The translations under genes and the position numbers were made by a program. Under the pieces are notes generated by a model. It was not told where the DNA came from. It saw only the letters and a list, made by a program, of their open reading frames with translations, and searched no databases. A stretch of 63,935 bases of DNA, counting the filler, from Welwitschia mirabilis (lineage: Eukaryota): NCBI GenBank assembly GCA_051453625.1. It is 4 parts of one record of this genome, joined end to end, with 100 filler letters (N's around TTAATTAATTAA, not from the genome) between each part and the next. Parts side by side here need not be neighbours in the genome. Positions count along the whole stretch, not along the records: positions 1 to 31,212 come from JBOZIK010000001.1; 3 more parts are not named here. One strand, given 5' to 3'. Positions 12,761-23,499 of the stretch are shown here, one piece after another; the stretch's first letter is position 1; every line of letters begins with the position of its first letter.

Positions 12761-13263
12761 CTAGGTTTCTTGAGTGATCTCTGACTCGATTTTGCGAACG
12801 ATGGAGCTCATTGAAGGCCTTTGGCCTGGAAATTCGCTGGTACATGCCAGAGCGATCTTTCCCAAAGTCGTAACTTCTGTTATCGAAAAATTGCCGAAGA
12901 GCTTTGGATCGACAAGCTCCTCGACTTTGCCGGAATCCATGAGGCTTTTAAGGGAACGCTGCGAGCGAAAATCCGGACTAACGTTGCCGCTGGTAACCCC
13001 CGTCAATAAGTGAAGCAAGAGCTTTCCGAACGCATAAATATCGCTCTTGCATGTAAGGCGTCCAACAGCGGTATATTCTGGTGCCAAATTTCCGTCGGCC
13101 GCGGAATTCTTCAGGATTGAGAATAGTATGTCGTCTGCAAGTAGCCTCGGCAATGCGCAGTCGGTTATCTTAGGGTTTAAGTTCTCGTCCAGCTGTATGT
13201 TGGATATGGACAAATTTTGATGGACTATTGGCTCTGGCAGACCGTGATGTAGATATTCGATTC
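12761..13263 (-). CDS. LRR-RLK exon 4 (kinase C-lobe to stop)
   Basis: Acceptor GAGCAG/GA gives GIEYLHHGLPEPIVHQNLSISNIQLDENLNPKITDCAL...APEY...KSDIYAFG...QRPSMSSIV...TAG. Confidence 0.9.
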
Positions 13264-16200
13264 CTGCTCAGAGATTTCAGAATAGTTTAATCAAAAGTTT
13301 AATAAAAAAACCTCTCTCTTTGAGTTGTAAGTTTCTTGAGGAGATTTTGACGGTAGGTTTGCGGCACGTAAGGACATTCCAATGGAAAAGAAAAGGCGAG
13401 TATCCTATTTTCACGTATCGTAGACATATCAACGACGAGAAACTTAGGGACCAGCTTTCACATCGAAGGAATCCGAATAAGGTGCACAAAATCGTAAAAC
13501 GAGTGACTTTTTGAATGGACATAGGATTTGGTTAAACAAAAATCTGTTTCTTCTTCCGAAACTAATCAGAGAAATCAGCAGCATCAGCTGCGTTCGCAAC
13601 AGTTGAATTCTATTGACGTATACCGTAACATAACTAAGATACGCATCGAATCCTTGTTAGGTCCTGTTCATGCATCTTTGGTCCCCAGCCTATATTGTCC
13701 TTTGCAAACTCTTCCTACCTGCTCTTCTGCTTTAGCAAAGCAAATTCGAGACAAATTAAAAATATTAGAAAGCTCTGTTTCACCTATTGTAACATATACG
13801 CTAAGCAGTTTGCTTGAAATTTCTTTGTAGTAAATGACTGCATAAATTGAATTGTTGTTTCTTCGTTCAGAGCTCTGAGATTTTACCATGTTTAGTTCTG
13901 TTACTTGAAGGCCAGTAAAGCATGCTGTTATTGCAGTTGAAATACGAATAATTCTATATCAACAAAATGTTCACTCGGTTACTTTCCTATCAACACGTTT
14001 GTAGCATGACATTATTAACTGTGATATCAGCGCAGCTACCCTACATCAATAATAGCTGGGCACCCTCTGTATCTCTGAACCGGGAAGGAGTCTTCCTAAT
14101 ACGTTGCATAATCAACCTAGCTACTCGCAACAATTGGTTTTTGATTTACGTAAATCTGCTTCAAGAAATACATGCTAAAGATGAGAAAGGCTACTATGAT
14201 GTCAGTGTGTTACCTTTTGCAACTCCACGCACGATCTTGACTCTGGCCGACCAGCTCAGATCTCTCCCGGCTTCTCCTTTCAATCGTTCCAGAAGTGTTC
14301 CATTCTCAAAGAATTCGTAGACCAGGAAGCATTCTGCTCTGGCTTTTGAACAACAAAAGCCTCTCAACTTGATTATATTTTCATGGCAGATTTGTGTCAA
14401 GGATTTCAAACCTTCACGAAATTCAGATTCATCCGTTTTGCAACTCGTCTTGCTGATGCACTTGATGACAACAGTAGTTCCATCCCTTAGGATCCCCTTG
14501 TATACACTACTGAATTCATTTCTACCAAGCAGATTCTTATCTGAAAAATTATTTGTTGCGTATTCAATTTCGCCAAAGTTGATTCTCAGGCTTCCAAGTC
14601 CATGTCCTCTATCTTCAAAAGAATCCCAATCATTAAAATACTCAATAAGTACCAAGGGAGAGGATGATCTTTTACTTTAATCTTCCTTGTAATGTGAACT
14701 TTGATCTGTACTATGCCTAGAACTACTAACATCATATGTAATGCTAACCTTTTGCTTCTATCTTATATGCTAAGAAAATACCAAAGAAACTATTGCAAGG
14801 ATTGTAGCAAATAATAAAGCTGTGACTACACATACAATATCAATTTTTGACAAATGAGATAAAGAAGAATAAGATTGATAGGCTACAGGTATATTTGCTA
14901 ATTTTGAAATGTTTGGTATGGAAGTATTATAACTTGATGAGATGTTGAATATCGATGAGCCAAGAGGCTTAGGCTATGTTGCTACCACTATTGAGTTGCA
15001 AGATGGAAGGTTGAATATTTTATTTTCACATAGCTTAAAGTTATTATAAAACTTGAATCCTTCTTTCAAATCTTCTAGATCTATTTCAAAGAGTAGCATA
15101 AGTCGAAGGGAAAAAACAACTAAAAAAACAAAATTNNNNNNNNNNNNNNNNNNNNNNNNNNNNNNNNNNNNNNNNNNNNNNNNNNNNNNNNNNNNNNNNN
15201 NNNNNNNNNNNNNNNNNNNNNNNNNNNNNNNNNNNAAAGAATCCCAATCACTGGAATACTCAATCAGTACTAAGGGAGAGGGTGATCTCTTACTTTGATC
15301 TTCCTTGTAATGTGAACTTTGGTCTGTACTACGCCTGGCACTGCTAACATCATATGCAGTGCTAACCTTTTTCTTGTGTCTTCTGTGCCAAGCAAATACC
15401 AAAGAAACTACTGCAAAGGTTGTAGCAAATAATAAAGCTATGACTGCACATACAATACCAATTTTTGACGAATGAGACGAAGAAGAACAAGATTGACAGG
15501 GTGCAGGTATATTTGCCGATTCTGGAATGTCTGGTATGGAAGCATTATGACTTGATGAGATGTTGAAGGTCGATGCGCCAAGAGGCTCGGGCTGTGTTGC
15601 TGCCACTGTTGAGTTGCAGGCTGGAAGGTTGAAGATTTTATCTCCACATAGCTTAGAGTTGTTATCAAACTTGAATCCTTCTTGCAAATCTTCCAGATCT
15701 GTTTCAAAGAGTAGCATAAGCCGAAGGGGCAGAAAAAAACAACTAAAAAAACAAAACTGATATGCTCATGGTCCCGAAAACAAAAGTACCACATGTACTT
15801 CGATTCAAATACATATATCAACACATCTTGTGCAGATATCATATTGATACACCAAAGGAAAACAACGCATTCTTAAGTTTGTGATCTATTGTTGATGACG
15901 AGGACTCGACTCTGGAAATTTCTCGTCACTTGCTTAGCTTTTAGACTGTCGTTGACATTTTCTACTTTTCATCCCCTCTTTTTCCCATCGATGAACGAAG
16001 AAAACAAACAGATTCTTGGAATTAGTTACTGGTTTCCTGTTGCTAATTCATGCAATAGACTAGCAATATCACCTATCAGAAGATTCATATCGAAACTCTT
16101 CCCGATTCAACCAGTTATATTTCCTTCAACCAGCTTATGTGTTATTTTTGGTTATTTTTGCTGAATACCAGAAAAAAGTGTATACCATTGGTTGCTAGGC

Positions 16201-17193
16201 CAAACTCAGTGTGCCCACCGCTTCTAGGGCTAGGAAATTTACATATGAACTGAAAGATCAACACCGGTACAAAGTCATCAATAGAGAAGCAATCTCATCA
16301 AAACCAGTAAACATTTTCGAATTGTCAAAAGGCCCGAGTAATCAGGGTATCAAATCATCATTTTCAAAATCCGTAGAAACAACTCTTAACAATGTGGAAC
16401 CATCACATACCTTCAGGAACGCGGCCCGATAGTCTGTTGTTTCTGACATCGAAGACTGTAAGCTGTGGAAGAGATGCCAGGGTTCTCGGAATGGCTCCAG
16501 TGAGATTATTGGAACTAAGGTCGAGCCTGTTGAGAGAACTCAAGCCTCCTAAGGAAGAAGGGATAGCTCCAGTTAGTCGATTACTCTGTAGTGCAAGAAC
16601 TGAGAGTTTTTTCAAAGACCCTAATTCGCTCGGTATAGGCCCAGTCAAATGATTGCAACCAAGCTGCAGAACTGCAAAATAGAAAAAGGTAAACAAAAAG
16701 AAGCACATGTTCAAGAAGAAATTTCTGTTCTGTAATCTCTATGGTTATGGCAGTTTGAGTACAGACCTTGCAAACTGAAGCTGGAGGAAAGTTCAGGAGG
16801 AACAAAGCCCGAGAGAGAATTCATATTGAGGTATAGATCAACTAACTCTGTAAGATTTCCTATTTCTTTGGGGATGGATCCAGACAGATTGTTATAGTGA
16901 AGAAAAAGGCCGCTTAGACACCTTAGGTTAGCAATAGAGGGACTGAGGAAGCCAGAAAGGCCCTTGGCTTGCAGAGATATGTTTCCAACCTTGCCATGCT
17001 GGTTGCATAAGACCCCATCAAAAGTTCCACTACAGGGATCACCTTCAGGCACCCATGAATGCAGCACTTTTCCAGAAGGATCCAGAGCTTCTTTGATGTC
17101 CATCAGAGCTTCAATCTCTAAACTAGAATCAACCCGTTTGGTTGCAGAAACCAGCACCCCGAGGAACACCAGAAACGTTCCTACTGCCTCCAT
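12761..17193 (-). CDS. LRR receptor-like kinase, LRR-IV subfamily type (resembles Arabidopsis At4g22730/At5g51560/At2g45340), predicted pseudokinase; spliced model join(17193-16767,16671-16411,15698-15236+14617-14214,13263-12761), 2058 nt, ~685 aa
   Basis: Signal peptide (MEAVGTFLVFLGVLVSA), LRRNT cap (ALMDIKEALDP..SW..GDPCSGTFDGVLC), ~5-6 plant LRRs (LxxNxLSGxIPxE), C-cap NNSKLCG, TM helix (IGIVCAVIALLFATTFAVVSLVFAW-HRRHKKK), kinase with HQN/DCA/APEY/KSDIYAFG. All three introns are GT-AG, phase 1, and keep the frame. Subfamily call comes from recalled motifs (LIEYSxxWD, CISKTSCKTDESEF, LRGFCCSKARAECFLVY). Confidence 0.9.
14214..14617 (-). CDS. LRR-RLK exon 3, 3' part (kinase N-lobe)
   Basis: FEDRGHG...ATNNFSDKNLLGRNEFSSVYKGILRDGTTVVIK...WSARVKIVRGVAK with no stops and CpGs retained. 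Donor AAAG/GTAACA. Continues in frame from 15236 via the shared AAAGAATCCCAATCA (15236 = 14618). Confidence 0.85.
14618..15135 (-). pseudogene. Degenerate duplicate of the end of intron 2 plus the 5' part of exon 3 of the LRR-RLK
   Basis: Colinear with 15236-15757. Hand alignment gives roughly 65 substitutions in ~490 nt, overwhelmingly towards A/T. At least 4 in-frame stops (VVAT*, FS*, R*, D*). Confidence 0.85.
15236..15698 (-). CDS. LRR-RLK exon 3, 5' part (C-cap, juxtamembrane, TM), cut by N gap
   Basis: Acceptor AAACAG/AT gives DLEDLQEGFKFDNNSKLCG. The frame is open to SPLVLIEYSSDWDS at the gap edge. Confidence 0.85.
16411..16671 (-). CDS. LRR-RLK exon 2 (LRRs)
   Basis: Acceptor TTTTGCAG/TT gives VLQLGCNHLTGPIPSELG...NNRLSGRVPE. 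Donor GAAG/GTATGT. Length 261 bp. Confidence 0.9.
16767..17193 (-). CDS. LRR-RLK exon 1 (signal peptide, LRRNT, first LRRs)
   Basis: ORF 16711..17193 begins at AAAAATGG. Donor CAAG/GTCTGT follows ...PPELSSSFSLQ. Intron 16766-16672 (95 bp). Confidence 0.9.
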
Positions 17194-19100
17194 TTTTCGT
17201 CTTTGCTTCGGTAAAACAAAACCAGTTAAAAAAACATCTTAGAACCAGGAGCTACGCTGTTAACAACGGTCCTCTGCGTTTGTTGTGTTCACATGCATGG
17301 CCTTTGCCCAAGGGACGAAAAAACTGAAGTTATCTAGAAACCGAATGTCAGAAAAAACTAGCCCGTCGATAACTCAGTTCTTGCTATGGCTGCCACTACG
17401 AAAGTCAATCTAATAAACATCCATCCAGGATTATTCCACTTCCAAGTTGAAGCTTAATCCTGCAACTGGCCCTGCGGCTTTGCCTGTAACAGATGCTACT
17501 CCCGCGGAAAGGTCATTCTGCTAATTTCAGGCGATGTAATGTTCACACTTAAACGACAGACGCGCGTATTAGTCCGGGTGCACTGTAATTAATGGAATCA
17601 ATGATATTTTTAAGCTTCAATGCAATGAAACCCTCTCGCTTTTTAGGACTGTCTTCATGTCACTTTCTTCTTGGGGTATGAGCCACGTGTAGGTTGCAGT
17701 TTGGGAAAAGAGCAAAGAACGGAAGAGCTAAGCGACTGTTAATCCGCTTCTTAAGTTTGAATTGCAGTGCAGGTTATAACGCCAAAGGAAGGATCCTTCT
17801 TGCTCGGTCAACAGCCCATCCAACGGCTATGATCTCATTTCAGTTGTGTGTCTCAGAAAGGTAAAGGGTTGTTTTATAGATAACTTCTGCAGATGAACAG
17901 TATGCACATGATCACAGAAATTGGGTCAAGAGTGCATTTCTGGGACCTAAATCCAAAAAAAGCACCACCATGGCCATATCACAGAGAAACTAGGAATGTC
18001 TAGCATTCTAATATGATGCGTGTCGTGTGCCCATTAAGAGAATAACTTTACACAATGTCTCTGCATAAAGGGAATAGCAGAATCATAAAAAGTTTGAAAT
18101 TCGGCGTTACGATTGAAACTGGGAAATATAAAAGGAGGGCCACATGGGTGGGTGGTTGTTGGTCAGTGCGGGAGACGCTTGCGTTTGAATCTGATGGTCT
18201 CAGCAGAAAGCCATATGCGCATATGCATTGCCTCCATTCTCTCTCCTCTTACATTAAAGACAGTGTGCGCAGGAACGACAGGCAAGCATGATTATATTGG
18301 TGAATATTTCTGATTCTTCATTATAGTCGATTGCTATTACTGATACTCTTCTGACTGCCTACGTTCTTACTTTCTTGAGCAATTTAGCATCCTCAGGTAG
18401 TGCGAATCCTACCTCGCTTTTGGGATTTTTACTGGAGAGAAACAAATCCTCATCCAACAAGGACATGTTTTTGATCCGAGGAAAATCATATAAAGTTCAG
18501 CAAAGGATCCTGGCAAGATGTGAGAGTTGAGGTGACTCCTGAGTGATGCTGAACACGTGTCCAATCACCTGTAAAAATCCCTTGCCTTTTGATTTCATTT
18601 CAAACAGGCTTTGGACTCGTCTTTGTCTTTCAAACCCACATCAAGTCCTTGGTTTTCTGGGTCAGTTTTTCATCGTCACAGTGTGTGGCCGCCGTCTCCC
18701 GCGGATTGCTTTGACCGTAAATCCTAACATAAAAGGATGTCAAAGAATGTTCTGCGCTCATCACGGAATCACGGCATGAACAAGCTCAACGTTGGCATGA
18801 ATTTGCGGGCTTTCAACTCACATTTGAAAACTGGTAACGGTTGCTTAACATTAATTGGCTAGTACAGTCTTGGCATCTAACGTGGAAGGTTATACTTTGT
18901 AATACCACTGACATCTTTTATAAAATTAAAATGCAAACGTATATGATTTGTTGTATAGGCATTTTTTTCAAAAGAAGTCTACGTTACCAAGCTGCAAATA
19001 GCCCTTTAGAATATCAAGATGTCCTTTCGTAGGAGTCGAGCGGAGGTCGTTATCAAGTGAATTTTATTTACAAGTTTACTAACCAACTCAGTCTAAACGA
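17194..19100 (-). promoter_or_regulatory. CpG-retaining 5' leader/promoter region of the LRR-RLK: candidate TATA (TATAAAA, minus, 17872-17878) and G-boxes CACGTG at 17684-17689 and 18554-18559
   Basis: Motifs seen directly. Composition contrasts sharply with the flanking TE debris. The TSS is not determinable from sequence. Confidence 0.4.
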
Positions 19101-19103
19101 ACC

Positions 19104-20039
19104 AAATCGCTTTCATTAACCAACACCCGACAGCCAACCCACTCTTGACTATAACACACTTTTTTTAACGATTTGACGAACGTGGATATTGTAAAATCTC
19201 GTAATTGTTAAGAAAATTTGTACCACATTGAATAAAATTTCTTAATGCAAATGTCAAATGAGGTTCTCTCTAACATCATGAAGGTTAAATATGTAAATTT
19301 AGCTTTCAGTATTATCATGGATTATGTGAGATTTGGCTAGGGCTACCTACAACATAACCCTTAGATCCTATGGGGTTTTTAACTCTCAAACATGAGGAAA
19401 TCACTTATTGAATTTAACTATTGTGCTAAGACCCTCGCTCAAAATTAATTTTATTATATAAGGGCCAGGGTTAATTTAGAACTCATAAAAAGAGATGCAT
19501 GAAGAATAGACNNNNNNNNNNNNNNNNNNNNNNNNNNNNNNNNNNNNNNNNNNNNNNNNNNNNNNNNNNNNNNNNNNNNNNNNNNNNNNNNNNNNNNNNN
19601 NNNNNNNNNNNAAATCGCTTTCATTAACCAACACCCGACAGCCAACCCACTCTTGACTATAACACCCTTTTTTTAACGATTTGACGAATGTGGATATTGT
19701 AAAACCTCGTAATTGTTAAGAAAATTTGATCACATTGAATAAAATTTCTTAATGCAAATGTAAAATGAGGTTCTCTCTAATATGTAAATTTAGCTTTCAA
19801 TATTATCATACAAAGTAAATTATATGCTTATATTAGATCAATATCTTGTGGGACCTATGAGGATTATATAAGATTTGGTTAGGCCTATCTAGATCCTATG
19901 GGGTTTTTAACTCTCAACCATAAGGAAATCACTTATTGAATTTAACTATTGTGTTAAGACCCTTGCTCAAAATTAATTTTATTATATAAGGGCCAGGGTT
20001 AATTTACAACTCATAGTAAGAGATGCATGAAGAATAGAC
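19104..20039. repeat. ~410-bp duplication flanking a 100-N gap (19104-19511 vs 19612-20039), with indels between copies
   Basis: Direct comparison. Confidence 0.85.
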
Positions 20040-23000
20040 ATATACAATAGTCCATTCATGTGCTACAGCAATAGTATACTACAACACACTTTCAATTTTG
20101 AAATTGTTTTATTTTTCTCTTTTTACACCTCTTTCCTCCTTGTTTCCAATTAACATATTTTACTGCTTGGTTATTATTTTTTGAGTAAAGACTTTAATAG
20201 CCAAAATTATCATTCACTTACCCTCTAATCCAAGTTACATAATGATTAAAGCTAATGCTAAATTTCTTATCTTTTTGAGAAAGCTATTTTCCTATTTTAA
20301 TACTAGATTCTATATCTTTTTCTCTATTTTGTGAATATGTCATTTAGTAATATGATAAGGGGTTTATAAAAACCCTCACTAAGAATAAATGTGTGAAATT
20401 TGCTACCTGTATTAAGTGTTAATTAATATCAAAGAGTGGATTATTTATTAATAAAGGCCTCGATTGTTGAATGTATTAGTTTAGTAAGCTAACTTCCATC
20501 TCAAGGGTTATGAATCTTATAGAAGAGGTGTAACACATAATGCTTAACCTCTTTCTTAGGATATATGGTAAGTCTAAGATCATGTATGATGTAAAGCAAT
20601 TATCGTTGTACCTTTTAACAAACCCAAATGAGCTACTTAATGCCTTTAGAGAGTTGTGCAATAGTACAAATCTCATTTAAAAATAGTGTAATATTAATTA
20701 AGTATCAAAGTTGTTTATGTAAATGATTATTAAGAGTAGAAAATAAAAGGATCATATTTAAGTTGATTTTTAATAATAAAAACCTTTTCATGAAAAGTAA
20801 AACTTTAGTAACTAAAGGGATATAAAAAACAAAAAAAAAATTAATACAATTAAGTAATTTAAATAATTTTGATCTAACTTGAATAAGAGTTAGCCATAAC
20901 TTTTGTATACATTAGATGATACATATTATTACATCATACGTTACTTCTAATGCTTCTATACCTTTGATATATTTAATCAAATTTGCATTTACTCTTCGTA
21001 CCTCTCATGTCTTAAAAGTGTTGAATGTTATTCTTGGATTGTCTTCACTTCATAAACATTTAATTATCCACACATTTTTCCTTATAGCATTCTTTATTCT
21101 TATAGAAAATCTTTAAGTCACATTAGATAGGTCATGATTCTTCATAACCATACATTTTTCATTTTTTAGTATGCAAGGTGTATATGAAACACAAATTTGA
21201 CATATTTATGTGACCAAGTCTCATTTGTTGTTAATAAATTCTTTCCTTTTTAAAATAACTTACTAAGTTTCATTTTATTAGAATTGGTTTTATCCAAAAT
21301 TGTATGTCCTTAGGATTCTATTCAATTTCTTTATTAGGAACTTCTAGTGTTGTGCTCTATAGACTTTAATAATTTTATATTTCATTGATTCACATCTCTT
21401 AATGTTAAATATTTACACTTCAATTTTAGTCATAGTTGTTGTTAGATAAAGATTACAACTTTAAATAAATTCAAAATTTTTTCTTGAACTTAATAGCTTT
21501 TAACAACTAAACTTTTTGTTATTGCTTAAAAACTTTAAGTTTCATTAAAGTTTTTAATCTTTAGTTTTAAATTAAGAGTATGAAAGTTACAACAAGAATC
21601 TAGGAAAGTTTTAATTGAATAATAAGAATTTACACCAAGTTTTGTTTATTAGCAAAAGCTTCAAAGGTACAACATGAAATCTTTCACTCAACAAGTTTAT
21701 AGTTTAGAAGCGCATCAGTATTGATGGTGTTAGATGCTTATTTTTATCCTATTTCTAAATCACTGTAAGTAGTTTAGATGGTACTTTAGAACTTCTTCTG
21801 TTAATTGTATGAGAAGTCGAGGTTAAAAAATATTTAAGGTTTTATTCATAAAGTGGTTTAACTGAAAAGCCAAGTTTTATATGTAAATAATTTGTTGTTC
21901 ACACATATTTTGACAATATTAAAGTCCTTGAATAATTGTATCTTAGGAATTTCAAAACTAACCTGTTTCTTGCTTTTTGAACCTTCAATTTTTTGAGCAA
22001 ATTTTTTGTAACAAGTTTTGATGTAATTTCCTTTGATAGAAATTTAGGTATGATTAGTTCTATGCTATATATTTGAATGTAAATTCATCATTACTTTCTC
22101 TTATTAGATTAAATTACATTGTAAAATAATGATAAATAAATAATATGAAGTATCATTTTAGGATTTTTGTCTTGTGTATAATTGTGGGCTTTCATTGAAA
22201 ACAAATTTATGAATTTTTTCGTTTATATAAGTGAATGTCTGGTTCTTGTTTTCTTGTGATAAGGATTCTAATTAAAATGTTTAAATGATCTTTGGTATTT
22301 ATTTCCTAAATTTGTTTGAATTTTTCTCTCTTTTTCTTTATTAACAGCTAGACAATCAAACCTCTAATTAATCACTATTATTCCACAAAAATTATAAAAG
22401 GATCAAATATATAAAGTAATTAAATGTTTATATTTACTGTAAACCAAGCATTTTATAGTATAATATATTATAAGCAACAAGTAGATTATGAATTTAGTAT
22501 ATATTTTCTCTATGTGTCTTATGATTTAGATAAAAGTAATATAGATAAATAGTTGTTGGAAAAGATAAGAAGATTATGTTATGTTAAGATAGATCTTATT
22601 CCAATGATACACTAATATGATAATAATGAAATCAATAAAATTACTTAAAGAATATGTATTGAACTTATCTAATAGTAAATTTTGTAGTTGGATTTTTTAA
22701 ACGCTTCTAAAATAATAATATGAATAGATAATTTAAGTAATAAAGTCAAAGTAAATAGTAAAAGTTTTTAACAGGCTATACAATGTATATAAATATCTTT
22801 TAAAGTCTTTTAACTTGAAAGATTATGTGCATGTATACATATCTATACTTTAATTATTTTATTCCCACTTATCAACTCCTTTATGTATAGCCAAGTGAAA
22901 GGATATAACCTTTAAGCACCTCTTTTAGGATTGATACTTTTCTAAGATAATCTTGCTTTCATCTATTTAATTATATGATTAACCTCTTATCTTTTATAAT

Positions 23001-23163
23001 TTTTTATGTATATTTACTTAATGAATTGTGTTACATACAAATACATAATTGAAATGATAAAATGTCTTTGCTATTAATAATAATTAACTAATTTTTGTTT
23101 ACTTACCTTTTCTTCTTCATTAGATAGCCACATAATTTGCAATTTCATAAGATAGATTTCTAG

Positions 23164-23167
<4 letters not shown>

Positions 23168-23195
<28 letters not shown>
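23168..23195. repeat. (TA)n microsatellite
   Basis: Seen directly. Confidence 0.9.
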
Positions 23196-23199
<4 letters not shown>

Positions 23200-23499
23200 T
23201 TATGATTCTAACTCTTTCTAAGTCAACATCTTGATTTAACATGGTTGTTTCTTCTTGCTAAATCTTAATTCTAGAGAATAATAACATTCTTCTTAGCATT
23301 CATTTCTTTTCTTATGGAAATATTCTTTTATTATGCTACTTTTGCTTCTTAGATAATTTCTTCACTGCATATGTAATTTTCTTATTTAAACTTTTTCTTC
23401 TACATTGCATAGGTTTTGTACCTTGGTATTTAAGGAATTTTGATGTGAAGGATTTTTTTTAATCAATTTAAAACTTTCATTAATCTAGTTAATGAACTA

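Noticed and set aside
13277..14320. ORFs in intron 3 and antisense ORFs over the kinase gene
   Set aside because: No homology cues; shadows of the real CDS or chance ORFs in higher-GC sequence.
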